Positions 38,720 through 51,699 of a stretch of DNA of 64,000 bases are shown here, piece after piece (positions within the stretch are counted from its first letter, which is position 1; each line of letters opens with the position of its first letter). The stretch is taken from assembly GCA_030265395.1 (NCBI GenBank), contig JARFYF010000017.1, positions 36,491,509-36,555,508 of the forward strand, given 5' to 3'. The notes beneath the pieces are model-generated. The model was given only the letters and a program-made list of their open reading frames with translations, was not told the origin of the DNA and ran no database searches. The position numbers were made by a program, and so were the translations under genes. Source of the DNA: Rhina ancylostomus. Lineage: Eukaryota.

Positions 38720-40010
38720 TGTGGCTGAGACCTGCCAACTCCTTCAACCAGCACTCCAGCCACGGAACCAGCTCTGTACCATGCTGCCTGGGACAGTGAA
38801 GGTTATAGTTTCCACCCCCCCTGTATTTGCCTCTGCATGTTTCCAGAGAGTTGCAGCAGACTCCAAGTTTGCAAGTACGGTCTTTTATTCAAGGAGAGAA
38901 GAATTAACTTCTTTCTCATGGGCAGAGAGCAGCAGCCACAGTAGGAATGTGGCTTTGTGGATGTGGATGTACAGGTGATGACTTATTGTATGTGAAGCCC
39001 AACGGACAGGAACTACGACTGCTTTTGGTCCCGAACCCTGCAAACACAAGTGGAAAGTCGTGATGGTGATTGCTCTGCTCAGAAAGCTCATATTTCCCAC
39101 ACTCTCCAGCAGTCCAGAACACTTGCCATGTTTTAGCCAATCCACCCTCCATTCAGCCTTCTAGCAACCAGATTACCACTGTGCTAAAGCAGAGGGTCCG
39201 AAGCCTGAACCAGTTTGAAGGTGCATTACAGTACAGTGCAGAGACGGTTTCTATGTGAAGCATCATGATGACGGAAGGGGGGAGTAGGTGAATGCTCATA
39301 TCTGCTTTAGCTCCTAAATCAGAAAAGATTTTGGGACCGAGGGGGCTGTGGGATGTGAAAAGATAAATTACATATCAGAATACAGTACTGTCATCTTCAA
39401 TTACCTCTGTGCCAGCTGCTCTAACAATGGCCAACACTTGGTGCTCTAGGACTTTGAACCAATGGATATGGTCATTATGCACTGTCACTCTGTTGTGGCT
39501 GTTGGTAATTGTGTGATATCTTGTACTACAAGAAAGGGGTAGTAGATTAATGGGTGCATTGCAGTGTATCTAATGATGAGTTTGCGATGGATGAATAGCT
39601 GGCAGTTTTGTAAGGTATACGTTATGGAAGTGGGTGTTGGATCAGTGGTAAGTGTGGCAGGGTACGTGAATGTTGGGATTGATGAAGATCACTGTTATGC
39701 ATTTGCTTGGGATATGAGACATGGAACAATGTGTGTAGGTAGTGTTGCAGTTGTTAGCAGTTGGGATTTATTGATGTGATCACTGATTTTTGCATTAAAC
39801 TTCTTCCAGAATTGCATCATGTCCTGGGTACTTCATTACTGGAATTGACTTTGCTAACAACTTGCCACTGGCACTTTATAATGAATCTCTGCCGACACAC
39901 TGCATCACATCATCATCTACCCAGCCACCAGTGGCATTCAACTTCACCCTTATGCAGTGCTGTCTCCCTCTCTCAGTTGCTGTCAATAACTGCTCTCCAT
40001 CTTTCTGTTC
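38720..40010. mobile_element. PIF/Harbinger transposon fossil: transposase remnant (+) and Myb/SANT remnant (-)
   Basis: Plus strand: MLPGTVKVIVS..FASACFQRVAADSKFA..FYSRREELTSF. Minus strand 39790-39875: WQVVSKVNSSNEVPRT/MQFWKKFNA, compared with the family motif W..VA..VN....RTW.QCRKKFND. Confidence 0.65.
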
Positions 40011-40149
40011 AGTGGATACCTTTGGTCCCTTTCATGGGTCCCTCTTGTATCTCCTTGCAGGAGAAGAGTATAGAGTACCTTCTGCACACATCTGCCCAGA
40101 GTTCATCTTAGTCAGTAGCATGAGATGTACTATGTTGCAGTAGCAACAT

Positions 40150-40478
40150 CTTTTGGAGTAATACAGAAGGGAAACTGGCTCTTCAGCCCACCAAGTCCAT
40201 ATCAACCATCATGCATCCGTTTATGTAAATCCCACACTAATCCCATTGTATTCTCCCCACATTCCCATCAACCTTCCCTCCCACCAGATTCTACTCCTCA
40301 CCAACACCAATCAACCTAACAACCCACATGTCTTTGGCATGTGGATGCAAACCAGAGCACCTGAAGTGAATCCATGCCGTAACAGGGAGAACATGTAAAC
40401 TCTACGCAGCACCAGAGGTCAGGATGGAACCTAATTTGCTGGAGCTGTGATGCAGCAGCTCTATGAGCTGTGTCACTG
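40150..40478 (-). mobile_element. V-SINE (HE1-like)
   Basis: AAACCAGAGCACCTGA..GGGAGAACATGTAAACTC..GCAGCACCAGAGGTCAGGATGGAACC is the reverse complement of the SINE head and V-domain. Confidence 0.75.
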
Positions 40479-41049
40479 TACTTAACAACCCAGAACTTAG
40501 TTGCATTGACTTCATTAGAATGTATTTTGGAGCCAGAGTGAAATGAGTCCTCAGTACTTGTAGCACACCTAAATGAGAATTAATTTCTAGGATATCTTGT
40601 ACATGCAGGGGAAATAGTCTTGGACACAATTGGAATGCATGCCCCTCAGATGAGCCTCTCAGCTACCTTGTGACAGAATTCCGTCTCATCCATCCACATT
40701 ACAAGCAGCACTCACTTGTTTATGTAAAGTTGTCAGCAAGTGAAAAATGATCATGTGTGTAATAATGAACATTCCACCTTGACAGCTGTAATTTATGACT
40801 TTAATCTCCCACAGGCCATGTCGGTGGTAACTGTGTTGTCCACTCAGAGGCAGTCCCTCACTCTGATGGCACATAGTCACTGGACTTATGCCTACCATAC
40901 ATCAGTTCAGATACTCCCATTTCAATGGGCCGCATTTTGCTCTGGAAAACATCAACTTTCCAATACATAGTGATGAACATGCTTGCTCAGCATAAAAGAA
41001 GTTCCAGGCATGCAAGTCTTCCATTTGTGAATTGCCATTTTCAGATCAC

Positions 41050-42035
41050 TCTGCTTTGGAAGCAATTCAGGAAAGGTTTACCAGACCAATAGTTGAGATG
41101 GGCTGGTTGTCTTAGGAGAAAAGGTTGGACATGTTAGGCTTGTACCTGATAGTGTTTAGAAAAGTGAGATGAATTTGATTAAAATATAAAATATCCATTG
41201 ACAGAATCCAAAGACATACAGGTAGGTTAATTTGGGGTTTAAAAAATGGGCGGTGTGGACTTGTTGGGCCGGAAGGGCCTGTTACCAAGCTATAAATAAA
41301 ATTTAAAAAAAAAATTTAAAAGAATGGATATGAAGACAATGTTTCCTTTTTTTTGGAGAATCTTGAACCGGGATCATTGTTTAAAAATAAAGGATCACCC
41401 ATTTAGGTCAGAGATGAGATGAAATCATTTTCTCTCAAAGGGAAGTACATATTTGAAACCCTCAAATGGCAATGAAAGCGGAGTCAGAATCAGAATCAGG
41501 CTCATTATCACGGATGTATATCGTGAAATTTGTTGTTTTGCAGCAGCGGTACCGTGCAGGACATAAAAATTACTGTGTTACCAAAAGATCAATTAATGAA
41601 ATGGTGCAAAAGAGGAACAACAAGGTAGAGTTCATGGACATGAGTCTTAGACAGAGGTAAAAAATAATATGCTGGAGGAACTCAGTAGGTCAGGCAACAC
41701 CTGTGGAGGGAAATGGACAGTCAACATTTCAGGTTGAGGCCCCTCATCTGGACTGAAAGACCCAAAACATTGACTATCCATTTCCTTCCACAGATGCTGC
41801 CTGCCCCATTGAGTTCCTCTTGCATCTTGATTTTTGCTCCAGATTCCAGTATCTGCAGTCTCTTGTGTCTTCTTAGACAGAGATAGATGGGTTCTTCATT
41901 AGTAAAGTCTTGAAAGATAACATGGGGAGGCAAGAAAACAGAGTTGAGGTTATAATTGGATCAACTATGATTTGTTAAGTGGTGGAGCAGGCTTAAGGGA
42001 TCAAGAGGCCTACCCCACTCCAAATTCCTAAGCTT
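41050..42035 (+). mobile_element. Degenerate CR1 3' end containing nested inserts (LINE tail at about 41484-41640, Penelope-derived hairpin at about 41657-41870)
   Basis: CR1-like AAAGGTTTACCAGAC..GTTGGACATGTTAGGCTTG and the GGAGCAGGCTTAAGGG..GGCCTAC tail. A (TCAGAA)n LINE tail is present; the direct repeat TCTTAGACAGAG lies at 41645 and 41871. Confidence 0.7.
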
Positions 42036-44671
42036 ACACACATTTCCTTTACTTCTTTCTCATCTAGCAGAGCACTGGTTCTGCTATAGCTCCTTCATGA
42101 CAATTGCCAGGAACATTTTGGGACCAATCAACTGGGATCTAAGTGGAGCTGCTTATCAACATGGAGTACCTCAATGATACGAAATCTGCAAATCCAGCCT
42201 CCAGTTTGCAAACTTCACACAAATAAAGCAGGCAAAGATGGTTATCTGTCAAGGTGAGAATTAGACTGACTGGTTCTCTGCTTTTTGTGGATCTTTGATA
42301 CTTTGTTTGGATGTCCTGCCCATGTTACTAGACGTTCTGTGAAGCCCTCTCTGGAATCTACTTAGATAAATAAAATGGGCTTTACTAGCTGGATAAATAA
42401 AATAAAACCACAATAGCATGTTGTTGAATGACTCAGTGAGTTATTGTGTGGAAAGAACGTTGTGATTACAGTGTACATTTTTCCTTCCCAGGCTACACCC
42501 CTGTCAATGCAGTGGGGGAAAAAAATCTGTCAGTTATCGAGTTTCTTTGCACAACTTTATCTAAGGCAAAGAGAATTGCTGTTCCTACCTTCCACTTATA
42601 CTGCAGCAGAAGCCATACAAAGGTACACCATAGCACCAGTTCACGTGCAATCCCAACATATTCTGAGCCACGCGGGAGGGTGGAGCAGTTGCCAACACCC
42701 TATTAATTCTATTGCACCATTTAATTGTGGATTGTATTGCAGTCATTGTGATTTTGTTTCAGATGTGCTGAAGTTGTTATCTCCTGTCCCAACACCCTAT
42801 AGCCTATACCTGCCCTTGGGGATTTACCTATTCCAACCAATTATTTACTGAGCAGATCTCTGCACCTCTGGTTACTTAGAATCAAATGCCTTCTATTTTG
42901 TCTAAAAATCAAAAATCAATGACAACTTAGAGTCACCAGTCTGTAAAAGTGCATTGATAATGTGCACAGACGGATGGGAATTGCATTTCAATTGACACCT
43001 GCAAATCAAATTTCATGCATAGAATAAATGTGAAGTATTTATTAAAGGTGAAAACTGTTGTGGACGAATTGACATTTTTCAAGAATGGGGTTACAGGTGG
43101 GACTATACAATGTTGTCTAGATGGGTCTGGGTGTTCTCATACATGAGGCACCAAAAGTAAACCCACAGGTGCAGCAAGTAATTAGGAAGGCAAATAGCAT
43201 TTTCTGTGAAAGGGATGAAGTATAGAAGAACAGAAACCTTGCTACAATTATATGGGGTGTGGTGAGACCTGGGACAGTGAAGGTTGAATCAATGACACAA
43301 AGACAAGATAAAGAGATTTTCAGTCTTTAGGGAGTCCAGGGTTTTAGAGAAAATGCAGAAAAGTGAAGCTTAAACCAAGGATAGATTAGCCTTTGGTGGA
43401 GCAGCTTGAATGACCATCTGACTGACTCCTGCTCCTAATTCTTCTGAGATCAGTGAGTTGCGATTTGACCTGCCTACAGGAATTGGTGGGGATTTTGACC
43501 CAAATTCTAGTACTCCCCTATTTCTAATGAATAAGTTGTCGGTTTGAAGCATGCATCCCTTGGTTGTTCAGGGATATGTCTATGTTGTTCAGGCACAATC
43601 AAAACATTGTTACAGGTGTCAGGAATGTGAGAAAGAGTCCTGTCTTCACTGCCCATCACACAGCAGTTGTACCTCTTGTATGATATGATATACCTTTGCC
43701 TTTTGTCCAAAAAGAATAGAAGCTTTTTTATGGCACTTTTGTCTGAGAATTATAGCTATCTCATTCTGGGTTTAAAATGTGAGGTGATGCAAACTTTGTC
43801 ACTTGTCTCCTTCTATTTGCTCCTTCTCCTGCTGCAGTTCTGATTGTTCCTTCCTCTTGTCCTTCCTTAGTGATATTGTTTGAGGGACCCCCCATTAGAA
43901 AATAATGCAATGTCTTAAACAATTCAATGCCCCACAAGTTATTTCATTCAAATAGCCCACGATGCTTCCAATAGCTCAATATAGCTTTACCTGACCAAAG
44001 ATGAGGATTTCTTTATTTAGTGTTTAAACCTTAGGTCCTACAGAGTCAATGGTTGGTGGACAGGAGGACGAGGTACATCAGTCAAATCAAAAGGTTGGTA
44101 ACTGGAAATCTGATTTCTTCCAGAATGTTTTTCTTTTCAGATTTGCAGAGCTTTTAAACCTGTGTGTCTCATGGACGCTGTTGATGAGCTATATTCCAGT
44201 GATTCTTGATAGATATGGAATTCCAGTGAGAGGGTAAAGCAGTATGAGTATACCCTTACATCAATAAAAAAAATATTCTTTTCACATCTTTATGAAACTG
44301 CACCTTTTCTTTAGGCAAGGAACGACTCATCTGTTCCACCCATCGGAAACTCAAAGTATTATGTTTGTTTTCTTGCCACTTAATTGTTCAGCCTGGGTGT
44401 ATACATTTTTGTGATAGAGCATGTGAGCTGTGGTTATAGAAAAAAAATCCCTTTGTGTGATAGTTTAGAGAGACTGGTGCTTTTGTTTTGCTAAGGATCA
44501 TTCCCTTACTAATGCCCCAGCCATACTACATTCACATCTTAAGAATCAATGATTGCAGAGTGAGTGTGAAGCTTTCACAATACTCTTTGCCTCTGTGGAG
44601 ATGACTGCAGAGAAGGCAAATGTCCACGCATGCGTCATTCTAACAAGATGGGCAATATCATTCCACCTAAT

Positions 44672-45058
44672 TCTGGGGAGGTGTACAAGATGCTAAGAGG
44701 CATAGATCAAGTGGACAGTCAGAGACTTTTTCCCAGGGCGACAATGGCTAACATGAGTGGACATAATTTTAAGGTGATTGGAGGAAGGTATAAGGGGATG
44801 TCAGGGGTAAGTTCTATTACACAGAGACTGGTGGGTGCGTGGAACGCACTGCCTGCAGAGGTTGTGGGGACAGATACATTAGGGACATTTAAGAGAGATA
44901 GACACATGAATGATAGAAAAATAGGGGGCCATGTCAGAGGGAAGGGTTAGATAGATCTTAGAACAGGATGAAATGTCAACACAACATTGTAGGCTGAAGT
45001 GTTCAGCTGAACATTGTAGGCTGAAGCACTACAGTGCTGTAGTGTTCTATGTTCTAAT
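44672..45058 (+). mobile_element. CR1 LINE 3' end
   Basis: EVYKMLRGIDQVDSQRLFP..GHNFKVIGGRYK..TQRLVGAWNALPAEVV, ending in a TGTTCTATGTTCTA tail. Confidence 0.9.
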
Positions 45059-45809
45059 ACACCTCCCCAAGTGTTTTGTTTCCAGTGAAGACAATAAACA
45101 CTGGGAGAGGTGAACGATGGGAACGATTCCAGTTGATATGGAACTGCCTGCTGTACAATATAATCCAAAATTAAAATTATTCCCCACACCCCCTTCAGTT
45201 CAATTTATAAAATCTACACTCGTATAAGAACAGAAAATGCTGGAGAAACTCAGCAGATCAGGCAGCATCCAAATAATGTACCAGGTCCAGGACCTTTTGT
45301 CAGAGTTGGGAGGAAAGCAAACACAAGGAATTTCTGTTTTTATTTAAGATTTCAAGCATCTGCAGCTTTTTAGACTTTTTCTCAAAAATCTACTCATCTA
45401 CTTTTAACAGCAAGAGAAACTTCCTGTATGAAAGAAAAACTGGCAGCATCCTCTTTCCCTTCAACTGTTATGGGCTTTAAGGTAGTTCAACCTAAGGTCC
45501 TCTTGAGCTTCAAGGATTATTAACTGCACATCAGTTGTTTTTCCTCAAGGTATGTTCCCACCCATGACAAACTGCACAATCCTGTTAAATTATCAGCTCT
45601 GCCATTGATACCATCACAGCTGACATTTTAAAGTCTTAGCTTGATGTGATGACCCCTTTTGATGCCATGGTGACAACCATCCCAATATAAAAAATCTAAG
45701 CTACATACATTTGCAGGAGTTGGCTCATTCTGCCTCATACCTGCTCAAGTAATAAACCAACACTAGGGTTCACCAGTAGTGTTCCCTTACTTAGTTGTTT
45801 GTATTAGAT

Positions 45810-46625
45810 CCACTGACTTGGGCACAAAAATCTAGGTTAACACTCCAGACTATTGAGTGTGGAGTACTATACACTTAGATATGTATTTTGAATGGGAGGT
45901 TTAATCAGAGACCTCTGCTGAGTAAAAAACTCTCAAGGTAATGTTTTTATAAGGTAGGAGGAACTATCCCTGGTATGGTTGCCGATATTTATCTCTCAGT
46001 CATTATCACTAAAACTGAGTACAGTAAAACTTCAATAATTCACTATCTGAATGCACAGAAATCTCAGTGGTTTGGCTTACAAGGTGGTGGTTTCTTTTAA
46101 ATGCACCAGGGCCCCAATCTCACATTCCTTATAAACCCACTGGGGCCCTGTTTCCAGCACTCTTCATAACCTCACCAGCGTATAATCCCACACTCCTTTT
46201 ATACTCATTGGGGCCCTGTTTCCTGTGCTCCTTTTAAACACACCAAGGCCTGCCTGTTTCCCACACTCCTTTTAAACTCACCAGGATCCCATTTCCCACA
46301 CTCCATTAAACTCACCCAGTTCATTGAAAACTTTATTATACTACAGTGTAACATCTAAAAGAAATGAATTTAAAGAGGGTTGGGGTAGTAATTGGAATAA
46401 TGATCAATGGTCTGGAAAATCTCCCAGTCCAGTACCACCAAAGTCTCAAGGGTGTCTGATTATGGGAGTTTTACTGTATTTTTGTATATTCCCAGTTGTG
46501 TTTCTAGGAGCTTGCTCCTTGCAAATTGGCATCTATGTTTTCTCCGTTACAATGGTGTTAGTTTTCAAAAAGAATTCTGTTGGTTACAGAGTTCATTGGG
46601 ATGGCTCAAAGCCATGAAAAGTGCC
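45810..46625 (+). mobile_element. DeuSINE split by a MITE insertion
   Basis: GACTTGGGCACAAAAATCTAGGTTAACACTCCAG..ATATTTATCTCTCAGTCATTATCACTAAAAC before 46020; the Deu domain GGAGCTTGCT..GCAAATTGGC resumes after 46480. Confidence 0.7.
46022..46476. mobile_element. Tc1/mariner (pogo/Tigger-like) MITE with an internal ~35-bp minisatellite
   Basis: TIRs CAGTAAAACTTCAATAAT and ATTATGGGAGTTTTACTG, with TA at 46020-21 and 46477-78. Internal units approximate CCCACACTCCTTTTAAACTCACCAGGGCCCTGTTT at about 46095-46320. Confidence 0.82.
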
Positions 46626-48279
46626 AATGTTCTGACTTGCAATAAATGGCTCTGCCTTTTGCATATTAAAGGCAGAGCAAGCAAATTTTGATAACATAAG
46701 GCTTGATATGAGATTTGGAGTTGATTTATTTCACAACTCACTTCAGAGGAACAATTATGACTCTATTCACTTGTCCCAATCATGAAATAATGCAAAATAA
46801 TGAACATTCTCCCCCATTAGTAGGTGGGGTTCTTTGTCTTATATAAAATAACAATCCATTTAGGGACAAAGGCATAGCCTCTTCCCCCTGTAATCCATAT
46901 TCTTTCTTCTCACTCACTGACAAACATCAATATGAGCTTTCAGTTCAACCTCCCCTTCTCCCCCTCCCCCCATTTGCCAGACACCTCACCCCACCCCTAT
47001 AAACATCAAGGCCTCAGGAATAGCATTAGTAGATATTAGCTTCAAAAGCTCCCTATCATCTACTTAGCAGTGGGCATCAGGTTCAGTAAATAGCAGTGAA
47101 AATCACTGACCTGCATGTGACATACCCATTCCAATGTGAAATTCCCAGCGTATCTCTAATTACTGGCAATGACTACCAGCAGCTCTTTGATTCATGGAAT
47201 ACACACATAGAATTGATACGGCACAGAATAGGCCTTTCAACCCACCAGATCTCTGTCAGTGCAATCTAGTGAGGCCCAATCCTCAGCTTTTTCTCCATTG
47301 CCCTGTATTTATTTTCTACCTCACTTATTTATCCAATTCTCTTTTGAAAACATTATGATTAATTAAATCTGCATGACCACTCTTTTGGGTAGTGAATTCT
47401 AGATTATGGCCACTTTTTCCTCACATTACTCCTTTTTCTGTTGCTGGTCCCTTAAATCTGTGTTCTCTGGTTCTCAATCCTTCTGCCATTGGAAATGGTT
47501 ACATTTTAAACTGAAGTTGGACTGCCTGTACTCATTTTAGTTAGGAATCAAGCAGCTGACAAGGAAAGGAGAGACGTGTGTATTCATGTCAAAGACCTCT
47601 TTGGATAGTATGCAAGTTCAGGACTCAAAGGTGAAAGAGCATTACGTTGATCTATTCTGTCACCAAGTGCATATATACAAGGTTTAATACATCCCATTGT
47701 TTGGCAGTGGTAATAGCTCATTGATACCTTATTAACTGTGTGAATGTAAACCAGCTGTGACAAATTCAGCTTAAACTCTCTCATTGCCAAGGTGTATCAA
47801 TGTGCTTTAATTAATGAGTTTATTTTTAAGTTACCTTTAAATTTAAAGATTATCCTTTCAGCTTGAAGTTTTCCTCTACCCAATATAGGTCTCATAAAAT
47901 CACACATATCCTTTCAAGTTAAATAATATGTGACTTACTCCCACCTTTCTGTCAGCACTGCTCTCCAATTGTCCACCAGGAGGGGCCTGACTGTGGCAGT
48001 CAGGGAATTAGAAGCCCTTGAGCGGAAAGGGAAAACTTGCTTTATGATGTCGAATATTAAGGTGCTTCCATGCACTGTTTCAAGATCACCTATAATTTAG
48101 GCGTAATCTCACTAGCCAACATTTTTAATGTTATTTGGGGATACACAAACCACAGAAGAATCAGAATTGTCAAGAGGCAGACTATCACATGTACTTTTGT
48201 AAGATAAAAGTTAACCAATGGACAAATGCACTTTGGAATGCAAATGCTCTTGCATCTTTTTTAAAACACAAAACATCCT

Positions 48280-48920
48280 TCTTCTTAGGTAGTCCCTTGG
48301 GATTGAGAATGAGTCACTTCCAGCACAAAACAAACCGCTGCAGGAACTGCAGAGCCAAACACATCTGTGGATTGTCGATGTGTCAGGTCGAGATCCTGCA
48401 TGTGTCTCCGTGAGTTACATCTACACTGGCATTGGTGGTTCTGAGGCTCCTTATGAGGCAATTGTGGGAACTGAGGCCTCTTCCACTGCAGGGGCAGGTG
48501 GCGGTGACAGGGCAAGGGATGGATGGTTTATAAAGTGGTGCGCTACTTATGCAGGGCTTGTGTGTGCTCTCAGTCCATGACCTTGAAGTTCTCTTGACCA
48601 TCCCAAATGTTCCTTCTCCATTTCTAACAGCAATAGGCCAAAGATTCACATAGTGGGCATGTGACATTTTTCAGGAGGCTTCCAGCACATCCTTGAATCA
48701 TTTCCTCTGTCCGCCCCATAATCTCCTTCAGTGAAGGAGCATGAGATAGTGAGTCTTTCAGGAATCTGCTGTCAGGCTTGTGAACAGTGTATTTTGCTCA
48801 GTGTAGCTGATTGAGATTGACTTGGGCCTTAATGCCGGGACTGTTGGCTGGGGAGGGGATACTGATGTCGGTCATTTGTCCATCCTGTGAACTTGGAGGA
48901 TTTTGTAGTTGGTATGGCCA
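48280..48920 (-). mobile_element. RTE-clade LINE 3' fragment
   Basis: Minus strand near 48665-48716 reads GGQRK*FKDVLEAS, the RTE C-terminal GGQ.KR.KD motif; short (AAG)n-like tail near 48280. Confidence 0.7.
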
Positions 48921-51699
48921 CACTGAAATAAGAGAATAAACCCCTGAACAAGGGTTCAAAAAACTTATATAAACAAATTAGGGATCCCTAGGATTCTGAG
49001 TCATTCTCAGACCACTTTTTTTCAACTCCCAACTTAATTCAGTGAAATGACAACATAGAATCCATGTCCAGCTTGGTCACAGATTGGAAACACCTTTATC
49101 TTTATCTAATTAGAGATACACACAGCACTGAATTGGTGGCCATTGTGTTCGCCCTCCAAGTTTCCAGCCTCTGATGCCACTCAACATCCAGCAGTCCCCT
49201 GGAGACCCAGTACTGAAGCAGGAGTCAGGTCAGAATACCAGTGCAAGGCTGGTAAACCAGTACCTGGTATCTGAAAATAAACTGCAGATGCTGGAAGTCT
49301 GAAGTAAAAACAGAAAATGCTGGAAATACTCCAGTTCTTCACCAAAACTGATCCCTGCTGGAACTGTGTCCAGGTTCCATGGTCCTATTGTTGCAATTTC
49401 TCTTATATAGTTTGCAGTACATATTGGATCTGATTTTCCTTCCAGAAAATGCTCACCCATTTTATATGAAATTGTTTACAGAACTTGTAATCTTTTTTTA
49501 ATCTGGGTAAGTTTTAAAATGTTTGGTTTCTTTTTAAGAATTGATTTTCCAGTATCTCCTCTTTCGAAAACATTGCACCCAACTCTAGCCATATCCTCAT
49601 TCAAAATTCATGCTCCCACAATTGCAAAAGTGTCAATGGATAGTGACAGTAAGAACTAATAAAGATTTCACCCTTTCCCTAACCTGTGCCGAAGCTAAAG
49701 CTAATTCTAGCAAATCTGTTATCATCCATGCAGGACAATTAATTGAGCAAAGACTGTGAATTGAACTTGACTCCCTGTGCTCTGCAAAGCAATCTTAGCT
49801 ACCTTAATGCCCTGGATTCTTATGCTGTTTGTTGAATGGTCAAACGAGAAGATAAACTTACTGACAGGTTGCAGTGGCCACAGTTTATGGCTGGCAGACG
49901 ATGATATGCCAGTTCAAGCTTCCAAACAATTACCCCTGTAACGTTTGTTTGTTCAGGAAAGAAGGCTTGTTTTCTTTGTTAAAGCAGTGTTGCAGTTTGA
50001 GTTCTAGTGCATGGTCAATCCTTGGAAAAGGTAGTGATGTAGATAAGATCACTTTGAAAACAAACACAGCTGGATTTTATGTAAGTCTGGAATGTGACCT
50101 GCCCCAGACATCAAACGTAGAGAAGGTATCCAGGTTTGTCAGGTTCCTTTCACCAGACCTCTGCCCTTGCTTTCAGGAATCAGTCTCAAGATTGTGTGCA
50201 TTGAGATTACCAGCTGGGGCAGGTTAAAACAGAAAAGGTAGACAGGTTTGACCATCACAAAATATTTATTATTTCATTTATCTTGTTTTATTATTTTGAG
50301 TTGAAGGAAATGGAAAATCATTGGGATTTAGTGTATTCTAAGACTATGTGTGTTAGCATTCCCTGAATGGAGTCAAAGATCTTGCATGTAAGGACTGAAG
50401 CATACCTGGCATATTTATGTGTTAACAGGTGGGGCAATGTGTCCTGGGGCAATAACTCGGGATGAAACTGCAAAGTCGACAGATGAGAATTAGCCAGTGA
50501 ATGCTCCCACGGGGAAGGTTCTGTTTGATAACAATTTGCTAAGGTTTCCAATTCCATAAATTGTAGAAGAATTTAAGAAGATTAAAGAAGAATTTAGCCA
50601 CCCTCTCCAAAGTTATTGGCATGGTCTTAAAAAGGTGATTTATGGCTCGGTGCTGTGGCGTGAATTTATTTCCTTCCATCTAGCTGATATGTACTGTAGG
50701 TATGTTGATCAGCAGGTATACTGACACATGAGCCGACGGCTACCAGTCCACAATATATCCAGCTGGTCTGACAGTTTTTTGTAAAACTAGCTCAGAGGCA
50801 AATTTCACAAGGATGAAAAATAATGAAAGATGTGGCGAGCAGATAACTTTTCTTTGAAAAGCCTCAGTCTTCATAGGAAAGTGGACAAGCAGGTAAAGGT
50901 CCATCTTGTTAACAACTTTCAATAGCTTGTTTACTTTGGTCTGGCTCAATGTATTAATCAGCAATTATTCAGCCAATTAACATGATAAACTAATTGGAAT
51001 GCCACCTATCCTCTCAACACAAGACAATGCACCCATTTAGGATACTGGATAAAATAAAATATGCTCATTCTATAACCATGAGAAAGCAACGGAATAGTTT
51101 CTTGCAAGTTATCAAACACTGTGACAACTGCCCAACTGGATTCATTGCTGTTGTAGGTTGGCCAGAGCAGATCGTATTTGTGGGTTGTGCACTGACAATA
51201 CATGTGGAAGCCTCTGTTATATGGTTGCTGTTTTGGTTCAAAAAATTTACAGTGCGAAATTGAACTTTCTTTTCTCAATATTAAACTTGTAAACCCAGTT
51301 TATCATGAACTTTCTTCTGGGAACAGGATGATGAAATGGAAATGACAAGAGTTAGCTCATGGCTATAAATACCTCAAACTTTTGGCTAAAACAGCAGCAG
51401 CATAAACATGATGTCAAAAGAACTCCTCCTCATCTCAATAGCAACATCCATTTACAAAGCACTTGACAACAAAAAACTTCCCAAGGCCTTTACAGCGCCA
51501 TCGCTAAACAAAAAAATTAACTATTGAGCTACATGAGGAGAAGTTAGGGCAGATACCAAAGGTTAACAAAGAGGCTGCTTTTGAGAAAGGAGGGATGAGA
51601 GGTGGAGCAGTGGGGGACTTGGTACATCATCAGTCATGGTTGATTGAATCTGGGTGTGAGCAACAGGATGGAACTGGAGGTTTACAAGGTCGTGGAGCC

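Noticed and set aside
38855-38880. DSKFAS as the IF coil-2 motif WYKSKFA
   Set aside because: The flanking residues fit the Harbinger transposase frame better, and there is no EEWY upstream.
42444-42851. 135-aa ORF and the many other 60-140-aa ORFs upstream
   Set aside because: No domain similarity, often non-ATG starts or spanning N runs; expected by chance or repeat-derived.
44982-45030. Tandem AACATTGTAGGCTGAAG duplication (similar case near 62980-63032)
   Set aside because: Trivial slippage duplications; the first lies inside a CR1 tail.
46095-46320. ~35-bp repeats as a CRISPR-like array
   Set aside because: Head-to-tail diverged units with no unique spacers, inside a MITE in vertebrate DNA, with no cas genes.
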